DNA of 64,000 bases, taken from Camelus dromedarius (taxonomy: Eukaryota). Within the stretch, counting starts at the first letter, position 1. Each line of letters starts with the position of its first letter. The stretch covers positions 83,578,001 to 83,642,000 of the forward strand of contig NC_087436.1 of NCBI RefSeq assembly GCF_036321535.1. Direction: 5' to 3'. The position numbers were made by a program, and so were the translations under genes. The notes below the pieces were generated by a model that was not told the DNA's origin, did not search any database, and saw nothing but the letters and a program-made list of their open reading frames with translations. Positions 13,743-27,189 of the stretch are shown in pieces.

Positions 13743-14374
13743 AAAGTTATTCTATCTAAAAGTTATTTCTATAGTGTTGTGAGGATTTAATAAAGTAATA
13801 TTATAAGTATTTTTCACAGAGTCTAGAAAACAGTAAATACTCAATAAGTGACACTTAAAACGACTATTATTATGTTACTAACTTTTATAAATTAGAATAC
13901 TGAGACTGCAGAATATTCTGCAATGTGCCTAAGGACACACAACTTTTAAGTGACATAGTTGCTTCTGTAAGACTGGGAAGTCAAAGATCTGTTCATTAAA
14001 GTCATCCTTCTTTAGTCACCTGACTTGGCCAAAAAGAAAAAAACCTCTAAGAATTACCATCTTTTTGTTCATATATGTGCCTTCTTTTGTTGCTATTCTA
14101 AACCCCCTTCTCTGTTGCACAAAAACCCTTTCTCTGTTGCACAAAAATTAATTTTCTTTTATGCTTTACATTTGTTCCTGTTTGCTGTTTATTTTCATAA
14201 CTTTTGTCACACAGCACAGCAATCTTTATGCAAGATTTAACAATCACACCCCTCTGCAATTTGGCTGCAGCCTGTCTTTCAGAGCTTATCTCTTACTACT
14301 TCCCTTCATAAACCTTCCGTCTTAAACTGTTTCACAGATTAGAAAACACTCTCCTCAATTGATTTCACTAGGCT

Positions 14375-17040
14375 CTATAAATTTTATACCAAAAGTAGAT
14401 AAAACAAAACGTATTTAAAAACCTAGATGCAAAAATACTAAACAAAATATCAACTGTCCAAAACTTGCAAGGTATTTAAAAATATGTATCAAGGCCAGGT
14501 TCAGAACTGGTTTATTCTAGTGATGCAGTGTTGGTTTAAGGTTAGACAATCTGTAACTCCCCATGATAAAGGAATAAGGAAGAAAAACCATGTAATTATC
14601 TTATCAGATGCAAAAGAAAACATTCACTAAAATTTTTCACTCAAGATAAAAATTCTTAGCAAAGCATAAATATAAGGGAACCTCCTTAGGTGTATAAAAT
14701 AAATCTACCAAACATCTACAGCAAATATTGTAAACCTAATAACTGTACATCTGAAGAAAAACATATGAACACTAACTACTTTTATGTGAGACAAAATAAG
14801 CAATTAAATATCTGTTCATCTTCAAGCCTTTTTTGAAGGTCTGCTATGTGCCTGGCATTGTCAAAGAATTACCAAAAAAAAAAAAAAAAAGAGAGAGAGA
14901 GAGAAAGAAAAAGAAATATGCCATGATAATACTTAAAAGTCAAAAGTAGAAACTTTCCCTTAAAAACAGGAAGCAACTCAAGAAAGCATGCTATCACCAT
15001 TTCTATTTAAACTTTTACTGGGAATCCTAGAACATATTATGAGAAAAAAGAAATTAAATGATAAAAGACTTCAGAAGGAATAAACAATCCATCCTCATTA
15101 TTTCCAGATGATATGACTGTGTACAAAGGAAGTCAAAGAGAATTGCTCAACAAAATATCAGAACGAATAAGAATTTGGCAAGGTTTCCAGATATAGTGTC
15201 AACAATAAAAATCAGTTTAAACACTAAATATCAGCAACAAAGTTTGAAGACAGTAAGTATTCCATCTATGAGCTATCCAGGACATTTAAGAAGAAAATTA
15301 AATATATATTTTTAAAATCAAAAGACATTAAAGAGGACCTGAGTAAGTGGAAAGTTATATGACAGTCATGGATTGAAGACCAATTCTCATAAAATTGATC
15401 TACCAATTCAATTTGAGTTCTAACGAAAATTTCTCATGAAACTTGACAATATTCAACTGCAAAAGCCAAAGTTCAAGAATGGCCAAGATAATTTTTAAGA
15501 AGAACAAAGTTGAAGAGACTTATCCTACCAGATAGCACTAATTAAGACACTGTGGTAATGACATAGGATACACAGATAAAACAACAAATAATACAGTCCA
15601 GAAAAAGACATAAAAACATTTGATATATAATGGAAATGATATTTCAAAAAGTGGGAGAAAGATGAACTACTGAACAAATGCTGATTGATTTAATAAATAA
15701 AATTATATCCCTACTTTGTCTTTACACAAAACTTAATTTCAAATGGATTGAGACCCATACACATGCAAAGCAACAGTTAAAACTTTTGGAAAACAATTTA
15801 AAAAACTTTCTTCGTGACCTCAAAGTAGACGAGGATTTCTTAAGCAAGATGTAAAAAAGCACAAAAACTAAACATTGATGAATCTGACTACACTGAAATA
15901 AAAAGCTTTCATGCATTAAAAGACACTATGTTCAATGTGAAAAGAAAACCAAAAAACTGAGTCAAAGTATTTGGAACACATATAACTAACAATAGCTAAC
16001 AAACTCTTATAAATCTTTAAGAAAAAGACAAACAACCCAGTAGCAAAATTTGCTACGTTGGGGGAAAACAGTACACAGATTAATAATCACAGATATGACC
16101 TAAGTCTAATGAACACAGGAAAACATAAACACACGAAATACACACTGCATTACATTACAGTGAAGCTACGGACTAAGTCAGAGATCTCAGTGGCTTAACA
16201 GAACAGGTTTACTTCTCAGTCACGACACAGAGCCAATCCAAGCTGACAGGTGGCTCTGCTCCACAGAAGTCACCAGAGGACCCAGGTTCCACTGTCTAGT
16301 TGATGGACTGGTAGAAAGGGCTGGAGAAGTGCACAAATTTTGAATCTCTGCCCTTGAAGTGACACTTGTCACTTCTGCTCACAGCCTATTGGCCCAAAGT
16401 AGTTGGCTGGCCTCACCTACCTGCAGTGGAGCTGGGAAACGTCGGAGAAACACGTGGATATTCAATGAAATATAAATGTCTCTGTGACAATCAGAAATCA
16501 GAGAAATCCAAATTCAAGCAAAAGCAAGATGCATCCCACACTCATCAGACTGGGGAACAACAGCAAAGACTCTGATATTACCAAGGATTTGTGAGGATGT
16601 GAGACATGGAAACAGTCACACACTGTTGAGCACTGTTGAGCTGCTGAGCACGTAAACTGGCACATTTTAAGAGTGCACATGTAATACGTGGACAGAGCGG
16701 TCCCCACTTACGACCCTACTACTGCAGGTACGTAAAAGGTGTCATATGAAAACACTCACTTAAAATTGGTTTGTAATAGCGAAATATTGAAAATTATCTA
16801 AACGTTGGAAACAACTCAAGTATCAGAAAAACGTGGAATAATACCTAAATAAACAATATTCTTACTGAAAGTGAATATTGATAGAGCGCATTGGACAAAG
16901 ATAGCTGCAGAAGGTGACATGCTGTATACTTTTATATATAAAGTTGTAAAACCTGCAAAAACATAATATATATTGTGTGTAAATATATGGGTACGCACTT
17001 AGGCTATAATAACATGCATAGAAGTGATTATTTCAAAATA
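14375..17040 (+). mobile_element. Old decayed L1 ORF2 to 3' end, interrupted by an MLT1-like LTR (~16150-16490, minus) and a non-L1 insert
   Basis: gatgcaaaaatactaaacaaaatat, ttatttccagatgatatgactgtgtac (FADDM-like region), gaagaacaaagttgaagagactta. Confidence 0.75.
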
Positions 17041-20000
17041 GGGTGGAGAGATGGTACATTAGGGTACATTAGTCATAAAACAATTCATATCTGTTAATTC
17101 TACTATAGGTAATAAAAGCTAAGGAAATAATACTCTAACAGTCAAGTCATTCTTTGTTAACACTTCCCTAGTAGTGCTTTCTATATAAATGATGGAGGCA
17201 GTTCCATATATTCAAATAGCTAAATATGGTGTGGCAACAGATGAAACATTATGATCGTTAGAGAACATATTAAGTAGTTAGTACAGAGTCTGGCACTCAA
17301 TCCATGTTAGCTGTCACAATCGTCACTGTTACTGCTGCTACCACCGCTATTACTTTCATTATTAAAGGAATAAGCACGCAAAGCAGGTTTATTTGTGAAA
17401 ACACAAAGTGAAATGATATCAACCGGAAAAAGCAAAATACTAATTAGAATGTACACATTAATTTAAGCAACATAAAATATATGCACATCCATTAGCAGTG
17501 ATTTTAAAATGACTTGGAGTCTTAGTAAAATTTAATGCTTATTAAATTACTCTTTCTATTGATTTCCATATTGAAAATTAAATTACATTGACACTAGAGT
17601 TTCTCAAAACCCTACATTATTTTAAGTTCCTAGTTTACTTTGCTAATAGGTATAAGCATTTCTAAAGACATTTAGGAAAATACAACTGTGATAATCTCAT
17701 CAGTGAAGAAAATCTTCATAAATGATGCATGGTTCCTGAAGCCATTAACCTTTGAAAAGACAAACAACTTAACAGTTGCTTCTACCACATAACTATTTAT
17801 TCATCCTCATACAATGACCTGAACTTGAGCTTTTTTTAACTGAGGTCAAGAACATAGCAAGTGCAGTGGGAAGTCTAGGGCATACCCTAAGGAAAGAAAG
17901 AAGGAAGACAGTTTTCTTCCCTGAGTTCCTGGACCCTCTTCAGGTTTTTACTGTGACCAATGAATATGGGTTGAGGCTTATTTAGAGACATTAGCACCTG
18001 TATTTGGTAGAAAAAAGACTGTCTCCTTTCCTCTAGTCATGATTATACAAGGATCAGTGTCTTTGTATGTTCTACATCTCTTGAAAAATCTATTTGATGT
18101 TCCCTTCTGTATCACCTGTTCCAATTATCTGTTTGCATACATGGTTTACACAGTATTGGGCATGAAATGGTTATACGAATATGTTCTTGAGCTGGCAGGG
18201 CTGGTGATCATTGCTCATCCAGAAAGTGTCATGGTGCTGTGTAAAGGAGGTATCATACTTTTTTTTCCAACTTGGACTCAGATTAAGAAGTGGTTTCCTA
18301 TCTAAGAGAGAGAAATATAATCATCCCCACTGCCTAAGAGCAGAGACAACCGCTAGCAGAGGGAACACAGGTGGGGACAGACGGCTTAGACTAGAAAGAC
18401 ATCTCCAGAGTCAATGGACACATGCCATCCCTGGACTATTTTATATCTCTAGCCATATAGGGATCAGAAATACTTAGCTGTCCAAGGCAGATATAGCTGT
18501 AACCAGAGATGTCTCAGAAAGGCAGCTATGGAGGCCAAATGGAGTAACATCAGTACTAAGGACACACATCATTCTCATAGCTCACTAAGTCACTTTAGAA
18601 AGGACACACCAACCACGCTTTGTTTGTTTGTTTGTTTTTTACACCAATTATATTTTGAAGGTGTTCTCAGCTTCAGCTTTCAAATATCTACTGGAGGAAA
18701 AAAGATCTTAAGATAAAATCTTGGTAGTTTGTGCCTTATAATCTCTTCCAGCTCACATGCTCTGCCTTATTTCTGGGATTTGAAATTACAAAGATTTTAA
18801 TCACCCCTAGAGTAAGCAGGGCTAAGCAGTGCTTAGTTTGCTCATGTAGATTTGAACTTGCTCATGTAAGACCACAAAAACCTGAAGTTACAAATGAAGG
18901 ATTAACCAGTGAAGTAATTTCTCTATTGAATTAGCTTCATCGTGAACCATAAAGTGAGACTGATAGAGGATAAATAATGCACGTTAACCACTGATTCTCT
19001 ATACCCTGAAATATTCCAAATGGGATTAAGTTCATAAGAATAATAGAATCCCCTCAAACAATTTCTATGCCAAGTTTCAAGATTATCTTTCATTTAGGAA
19101 GTGATTTATCTAAGGTCTTTTCACCCAGAAGTAGTTACGCCAATAAAAATGGAATTAATAAGCAAATGTTACCTAAAAGTGTTCTTCAAATCCTACATTT
19201 TTTTAGAGCATTTGTTTGGTGAGTATATTTTTGACAATAAATTTTTTATTGATTCACAGAAAATAAGATTTCTACTATGCATTTGAATTAGGTGTATGTA
19301 AGTTTACATACACAAATATTTCAGTGAAAAAGATGCAAAAAATAGTTTGACTCTGGAAAAGAAAGCATAGTAGTTTAAGATAATTTTCCAGAAAAATCAT
19401 CAAGGTGGAATAATTTTATTTAAAAAGTTGTTTCTATTTCTTTTAAAAATAAACCACAGACTCTTACCATAAATAAGATGCTAATGACTCAATACATCAC
19501 TTGATTTGCCTCTAAAAATAAAGCCTCAATTATTTTTATAATAACCAGCAATTAAAACCAGAGACCAGAATTCTTTTAAATGTTGCCTACAATGGACTCA
19601 AGAAAGTTTGAAAAACATTTTGCCTTAGAATTGGAAAAAAAAAAAAAAAGTAGCTCTACAAATGTCATAGTGACCAGTTAGGGATATTATATACATCTAG
19701 TAAATAGGAGAAGTTCTACTCAAAAGAAAAGATTAAAGATTTCCAAAGGGGTTCTAAAATTAACACAATCACTTTTTTGGTTGGACAAATTATTAAATAA
19801 ATTCTCATGATATATGTTGGGTTAAAGGAGTTTTTCTTTTCACTGGCAAAACAATTTATGTGCATTTTGGAAGTTTCTCAATAAGGAGGACAGAATTTTA
19901 CACATTAGACCCTTTATCCTGTCATATGTATGATAGTTCTTTTTTTTTCTTGTTAAAATGTGCTTAAATACTTTTCATTGATCATGTGCTATTTTTATCA

Positions 20001-20392
20001 TCCGACAAGAATCAATAAAGTGATTTCTATTTGGCAAAAGAAAAATTACAGTTGCACACTTTATTTCACCTGCCAGAAGTAACCTTCCATTACATCTGAG
20101 TGTTTCCTATGTTGTAGGGAATACAATGGAAACGATTCTGATTGAGAAGTTAAACTGTCTACTAAAAAAATGTCACTGTCTGTTACAGAATAGGAGTGGC
20201 CAGAGAATTTTTGGATGACTATAACCCTCAATTAAATATACTAAATAAAAAGTGCTTTTTGGACCATCCAGTCCAAAGACAAACAAACAAAAGGCAAAGG
20301 AGAATGCAAGCAACAGAGCATGTGAAATACAAGACCATGAAGAACCTTACTAAACCTTTCACACAGTAGCCTAAGGAGCAGACATAACCTAC

Positions 20393-20476
20393 CTTGGTTT
20401 TTGGAGATGGCTTTCGCTTGTCTCTTTCGATGTCTTTTGTGAGAAGGATGGGTAAGGATTTCTTACAGTTGGCCTC
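20393..20476 (-). CDS. FAM13A: FAM13A next coding exon (84 nt, phase 0-0; probably exon 6)
   Basis: Minus strand has a branch-like ctctaat, a long T tract and taatag|GAG GCC AAC...ACC AAG|gtaggt. Encodes EANCKKSLPILLTKDIERDKRKPSPKTK, in frame with the previous exon and matching the FAM13A segment I recall (EVYYKNSLPILLTRGLERDMPKPPPKTK). Not in the ORF track. Confidence 0.92.
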
Positions 20477-21549
20477 CTATTAAAAAAAAAAAAAAGTATA
20501 AAAGAAACATTAGAGACTGCAGAACATTACCCTAAACAGAAATTACAATGCAGTGAAAAGCAATTTGTAAGGGAGCAAAGGCATTTCTGGATTAATTTGT
20601 TCACATCAGAAGCTAGTGAGGTTGTAGCAACGAGTCAAAACATTTCATTTCTTCTTCTTCACATACAGCAGTGAAGTAATGTAAGATGGTGATGGAGTAG
20701 ATGTGGGACATATGGGACATATACACTCAGAGACAATTATGAAAAAATCTCATCTACACTATCATGCCACTTACATAACCACAGACACTTCACCTCTTCT
20801 TTGGAGAATTAAATAATTTTCCAAGATATCAAACACCAAACTTGGAATTTCCAACTCTCTCCAGGTACTTGACAAATGAGTTCTGATTCTGTAAATGTTT
20901 TATCACAAATTCTTTCATCTAGTTTAGCAAACTGCAATTGAATAGTGGTAGTTTCATACCAATATCCTGAGAAAAAATATCTGAGTATCTGTTTCCAAAA
21001 TTATTAAGTTTCTAAATCCTTGGTTCACACCAAAATGGTACATGTAAAAATAACAGCAGAGATTACAAGGTGGCAGATTACTTGGGGTTGGATAGATTTA
21101 TTATTTATTTCTACATGATAAATAAAAACAACAATAACCTTGGTTTTTTAAAAAATAATGTAGGGTCTCACTTCTGAATAACCATTAACTTGAATAAATT
21201 TTCTGTGGGCGATTCGAACTCCAAATTAAGATAGAACAAAAATACATAAGACGAAGATTATAGTCAACAACAAAGCTAAGGAGAAAATAAGTCAGATTTC
21301 TTTCACCTGCTCTATAATTTTCACCTCTGTATCCCATTTCTTCCCCTTCCATGCCTACCACTCATTCATCTAAATAGTAAGGTTTTTTCTCCCTATTTGA
21401 CTTTAGGGTGAAGTAATCATCTTTTAAACAAAATTGTAGTCTACATACTTTATAATATTACTAAAATTTGCTGGAGTTACATTCATTTATTTCTAAAGGG
21501 AACAGTATATTATTAGGATAAAATGTCCCTAAAAAATAACAATGCTACT

Positions 21550-21990
21550 TATGACTAATAACTAATTACCAGGTTACAGGTTGTATCAGGCACTGTGCTA
21601 CAGACTTTACCTTCATACTGCCATTTCCACCCCCAACGGCCCGATGAGCTCGGTATTATCGTCATCACATTCCCCTCTGAAGTATCACACAGTGAAAGCT
21701 TACAGACGTTAAATAAACCACCCGGGACTCAAAGATGGTTGAGTTACTTTAGCCTGAGCTCTTGTCATCTTTATATATGACTTATCATCCAATATACTTG
21801 ACATCTTAAATGACTAGGTTGTAGAACCACAGCATTTTCAAGCCAAGAGAGTTTTTAAACATAAGCTGGTCTACCCTCCCCCTAATTTTACAGATGAGGG
21901 ATGTGGATTCTGAGGGGATGCATCCAACATCACACAGAGAGGGGTAGAGCTGAGACTCAGATCAGGACCACAGAGTTATACAAGGCACCT
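21550..21990 (-). mobile_element. Two MIR-family SINE fragments
   Basis: atcaggcactgtgcta...; acagcattttcaagccaagagag...ccctaattttacagatgagg. Confidence 0.55.
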
Positions 21991-22749
21991 GTTCTCTGCT
22001 CTGTGCCAGGAAACAATATTTCCAGACTGAGGTGGGGGATCAAGAGCATCTTCTGAGCTAGGGGGTGGCTGCAGGGCTTCCAACACCCTCAGCTGCCTGT
22101 GGCCGCACGCCCAGTCCTATGTAAGGATCCAGGGTACATTTCTGAGATCTCCAAATAAGTGCGCATTCCAGCCCTAGCCTTTCCCACCAGTCACAACACC
22201 TGCTGGTGGTAAGCCCTTTACTGGAAATAGTGAATGAACCCATTCCTGCTTCTGACTCACTGTGAAAGGGATAAACTAAATCCAGCATGACATTTAAAAG
22301 ATCCAAGCGATTAACTGCATAATCTGTTGCGTAATTTGGCTACACTTGGATAATATTATTATGCATAATCTTTATACCTCCTTTTAAACTACTGGTTAAG
22401 TGAATGTTAGACTGTGATGAGAAGAAAGGCTGGCTCTTACGGGAAGTTAATAGGAATAGCTGACCTTTGTTTATGTCTGTCTTGAGTAAATTTACAAACA
22501 CCTATAATTCTTTCCTCCTCCTTGATGCACAAACTAAAAGTAACAGTATTTCTTTATTGCTCCTATTTTGCCTCCCTGTCCCTGTGCATTAATAAGTCTA
22601 AGGCTGACAGTCAGCTTTTCCCTCTAAGACTCTGAAAGCATTTTCTGTAATCTTTTAACTGAAAATGCCATCTACATGAATTACGGGTTTTTTTGTTTGT
22701 TTGTTTTATGACTTTAAATTCAGCCAACCAAGTCAAAGTGATGTTTGGC

Positions 22750-22940
22750 AGTCAAAGCACTAAATTCAGAGTCAAGAGACCTGGCTTCTCCTCCTGGTTC
22801 TCTAACTAACCAGCTCGAGGAACTCAGGCGAGCATTTTAACCTCCTGACCTCTCCCTCAGTTCAAAGATCTTGAAAACAAAAGGACTGGATTAGATGAGC
22901 TCCGAGAATTCTTAAATTCCAGACTTGTATGATTTTATGA
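22750..22940 (+). mobile_element. MIR3-like SINE
   Basis: cactaaattcagagtcaagagacctgg...ggactggattagatgagctcc...gattttatgatt. Confidence 0.6.
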
Positions 22941-23289
22941 TTCTTCTGGGAAGCAATATTTATTGACAAAAAGGTAAGCCACTTCCTGTTCAGAGTCATA
23001 TTCCCCATGCCCCATCAGAAAGCTCTAAAATACTGCCCGCCCCCCAACCCCAATGCAGTGGCCATGGAAGGGGCCCCAGAGTTACAGAACCCGAGCAGCA
23101 TCTCCTGCAGGGCCAGTGTCACTCAGATTTCTGGAGAAAAAGTAATTCAACCAGAAGCTTAAATAAGGAACTGGTATTAACTTAATGTATTGTTTTAAAA
23201 GAGATATATTATGGAGTTAAGTGAGAAACACTTTAAAGGTAAAACCTTTTCAAAGTTGTGCCATTAAAAAGACATTTATACTTGTAGCT

Positions 23290-23800
23290 ATATACCTGAG
23301 AACTAAAAACATATGTCCACACAAAAACTGATACATGAATGCTCATAGCAGCATTATTTATAATTGCTAAAAAATGGAAATAATCCAAATGTCTATCAAT
23401 GGATGAATGGATAAACAAAATATGGTGTATACACACGACGGAATAATAGTCAGCAATGTAATACCTGCTAAACACATAGATTAATCTTGAAAACATGATG
23501 CTAAGTGAAAGAAGTCAAACACAGAACGACATATGTTGTGTGACTTCATGTACATGAAATGTTCAGAAGAGGCAAATAGTGACAGGAAGTAGACTCATGA
23601 TTGCCAGGGGCCAGGAGAAGGAGGGATTGTATAGTGACTTCTAATAGCTCCAGTCTGTATGGGTTTCTCTTGATAAAAATGTTCTGGATTTAGATAATGG
23701 TAATGGTTATACAACTTTGTGAACATACTAAACCCTAATGAGTTTAGGGTTTAGTATGGTGAATCTTAGGGGATGTGAATTACATCTATGTGAAAAAAGC
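23290..23800 (+). mobile_element. L1MB-type 3' end
   Basis: aaaacatatgtccacacaaaaact...gctaagtgaaagaagtca...gattgccagggg...tgtgaattacatct. Confidence 0.8.
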
Positions 23801-23801
23801 C

Positions 23802-25074
23802 TTTTTTTAAAAAAACTGAAGTATAGTCAGCTACAATGTGTCAACTTCTGGTGTACAGCACAATGTTCCAGTCATGCATACACACACATATATTCATTTT
23901 CATATTCTTTTTCTTTAAAGGTAATTAAAAGATATTGAATATAGTTCCCTGTGCTACACAGAAATTTTACAAAATCTATTTTTATATATAGTGGCTAGCA
24001 TTTGCAAATCTCAAACTCCCAAATTTATCCCTTCCCACCCACTTTCCCCCAGTAACCATAAGATTGTTTACTATGTCTGTGGCTATCTTTCTGTTTTGTA
24101 GGTAAGTTCATCTTTTTCCCTTTTTTAGACTCCACATACAAGTGATATCATAAGGTATTTTTCATTCTCTTTCTGGCTTACTTCACTTAGAAAGATAATC
24201 TCTACGTCCATCCATGTTGCTGCAAACCATTATTTTATTCTTTTTTATGGCTGAGTAGTATTTCATTTTATAAATATATCACAACTTCTTTATCATCTGT
24301 CGGACATTTAGGTTGCTTCTATGTTTGGCTATTGTAAATAGTGCTGTTATGAACATTGGGGTGCATGTATCTTTTCAAATGAGAGTTCCCTCCTGATATA
24401 CGCCCAGGAGTGGGATTGCTGGATTGTATGATAAGTCCATTTTTAGTCTTTTGAGGAATCTCCATACTGTTTTCCATAATGGCTGCAACAAACTACATTC
24501 CCACCAACAGTGTAGGAAGCTTCCATTTCTCCACACCCTCTCCAGAATTTATCATTTGTGGACTTTTGAATGATGGCTGTTCTGACTGGCGTGAGGTAAT
24601 ACTTCACTGTAGTTTGATTTGCATTTCTCTGATAATTAACAATACTGAGCATTTTTTCATGTGCCTATTGGCCATTTGTATGTCCTCACTGGAGAACTGC
24701 TTGTTTAGGTCTTCCACCCATTTTTGGATTGGGTTTTTTTTTTTTTATTTGTTTGTTATTAAGTTCTACAAGCTGTTTATATATTCTGGAAATTAAACCT
24801 TTGTCAGTTGCATCATTTGCAAATTTGTCATTCTGTTTTGCTTATGGTTTCCTTTGCTGTGCAAAAGCTTGTAAGTTTCATTAGGTCCTGTTTGTTAATT
24901 TTTGCTTTTATTTCTGTTGCCTGGGTAGACCTCTCTAGGAGAATAATGCCAAGATTTACGTCAGAGAATGTTTTGCCTATGTTTTCTTCTAGGAGGTTTA
25001 TCATGTCTTGACTTCTATTTAACTCTTTAAGTCATTTTGAGTTTATTTTTGCATATGGTGTGAGAGAGTGTTCT
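23802..25074 (-). mobile_element. 5'-truncated L1 (ORF2 tail and 3'UTR), sense to FAM13A
   Basis: Reverse L1 3' end (tgaagtatagtcag...), with ORF 24443-24652 resembling the ORF2 C-terminus. Degenerate TSD aaaaaagccttttt / aaaaaaaccctttt. Confidence 0.9.
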
Positions 25075-25549
25075 AAAAAAAACCCTTTTACAGCATGGGA
25101 GTCCCCACACTCCCAGGACAAAGGGAAGAGACCTCAGGTTTGTGTTTGAACTCTTCCCTTAGAAGAACTTTGCAGAGGTTTCAAGGAAGGGATTTCTGCA
25201 TTTGTAAGTATTAAACTGTATGTAGCCATGGAAATTCACTCAAATATTAAGTGAACCCTACTAGGTGTGGCATTTCAATGCTAGTCATTGGAATGATAAA
25301 TTAGACATGAATATATTCTATATGGTATATTTACATTTATTTGGAATGTTTGGTCTATTTGAATGAGACTTCTGACTGAGCTGACTGCTCACTCTAATGC
25401 CTTTTGTGCAACCACCAATTGCTTAAACTCGCTGTGTTACTTCACTATAATGAAAACACCATTTAAACAAACAATAGGGCAGGAAAAAACACCTTGTTTA
25501 TCATGGCTTTGTTGGCCTTACTGTTCAATCACTAATGACATTTGAAAAA

Positions 25550-27095
25550 CAGAACAGCACTTGCTGTTCCCTCAGCCGAGCACACTGCTCCCAGCTGTTC
25601 ACAGGTTTGTGCCCTTACGTCACCCAAGTCTCTGCTGAGTTTCACTAGAGAGGGTTCCCTTCCTGGGGCACCTCATCCAAATCGCCACTGCTCTCCCCAC
25701 CCACTGGATGCTCTCTCTCTATTCTTCATAGCGCTCAGCTATATCTGACTTTAACAGTACTGGTTTTAATTCTTTATTGTCCATCTCACCCCACTCTGTG
25801 AGAAGACTTGATCAGTCTTGCCCACAAACATATCCACAGGGCCCAGAACAGTGTTTGGAACACAGACGCTCAGTTGTCGTAGTGAATGCGTAAACCAAAT
25901 GAATGAACAATATCGCTTCTCTAACCTTTCACAATCCCTCCTGTTCTTAATTCCCCCTTAATCAGCTTACACTTCATGACCTTTCATTCCTTTGCTAATG
26001 CCCTTCACTTCCTTCCTCTGGTCTTCAATCATGGCATTCATCTCCCAGAAGTACAACCTTAGATGAATCTGGCTATATGCCTTCTCTGTGCTGGGAATGG
26101 AGCAACTCAAAGTGGTTACAAAAAATTATAGAATTGGTTGACTATATTAAGTTTATTACCATAACATCTTGAATGAAACCTCTCTAATGCACAGAAATCC
26201 TGCTACACATCTTTAGTAATGTGCTTTTTCCACTCTCTGAGATGGTATTTCGTGCCTTCTCCTCTCTTCTCAAACCCCTTTCCTTCCATTCTCACTTCAC
26301 TGGCAAAAAAGCGGCATCAGAGAAGCTACTCAATATCCCATTATCAAATTTACAAACCACTCTGAGTCCCTCCTGTTATAATGGAAGATTCTGATCCTAT
26401 TAAACAGCCATTCCTTCCACATCACCTTGGATCTTTCTCCTCTCACCTTCTCAAGGACATCATTCAAGTCTCCCTCCCACTTCCTCACCACTACATCATT
26501 CCCATTAATCACAGGCATGCTCTGTAATTATCTCTTTTTTTGTTGTTGTTGTTTTTAAAACACCTCCTTAATCTCACTTCTCCCATTAGCTGTGGTTGGT
26601 TCTATGTTTTCTGCTTTCCTTTGTATCAAGCAAACTCCTCCATACAGCTGTCTTCCCTATCTCTACTTCTTCATCATCAATGCCCCCAAATCGGGTTTTT
26701 TTTTTTTTTTTTTTTTTTTTTTTGGTCACTACTCCACAGAAAGTGCTAAAAACAGTCACAGCTTGGTCTCCATCTTACTGGGGTTCTGGGCAACATCTGA
26801 CCCAGGTGACTCCTTCTATTTGCTGCTACAGCACCACTGATAGGAAAAAAAAAAAAAACTGCCTACTTCAATGACCAATTCCACATGGTCTCCTTGGCTG
26901 CCTCTTCTCCTCTATACAATAAAGTTACAAGTCTATTGGTATTGGTTTGCTTTGAGTATCCTCTAGTAAACAGAAGTTCTTTGAAGGCAAATAATTGGAA
27001 TACCCTTAACACATTACTAAAACTACAATGCCAATAAAAAGTGCCTGATACAGCAGGAGCTCAGTAAATATGTGCTGAATGAATGATTGAATGAA
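25550..27095 (+). mobile_element. L2 LINE fragments
   Basis: gcacttgctgttccctcagcc...gggcccagaacagtg...aatgaatgaa, and a second tail agtgcctgatacagcaggagctcagtaaatatgtgctgaatgaatga. Confidence 0.6.
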
Positions 27096-27189
27096 ACTGC
27101 AGCAATTCAAGGGCTGATGCAGAGATCTTCTTTTTCCAAATGATGCAATGATCTCATACCATTTTCATCACGAGGTTTGGATAAAATAT

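Noticed and set aside
13907..13922. 16-nt palindrome tgcagaatattctgca, and an 8-bp stem at 12232-12251
   Set aside because: About one or more 8-bp-arm palindromes are expected by chance in 64 kb.
23733..23749. Interstitial telomeric repeat
   Set aside because: Only one hexamer per strand, explained by the hairpin.
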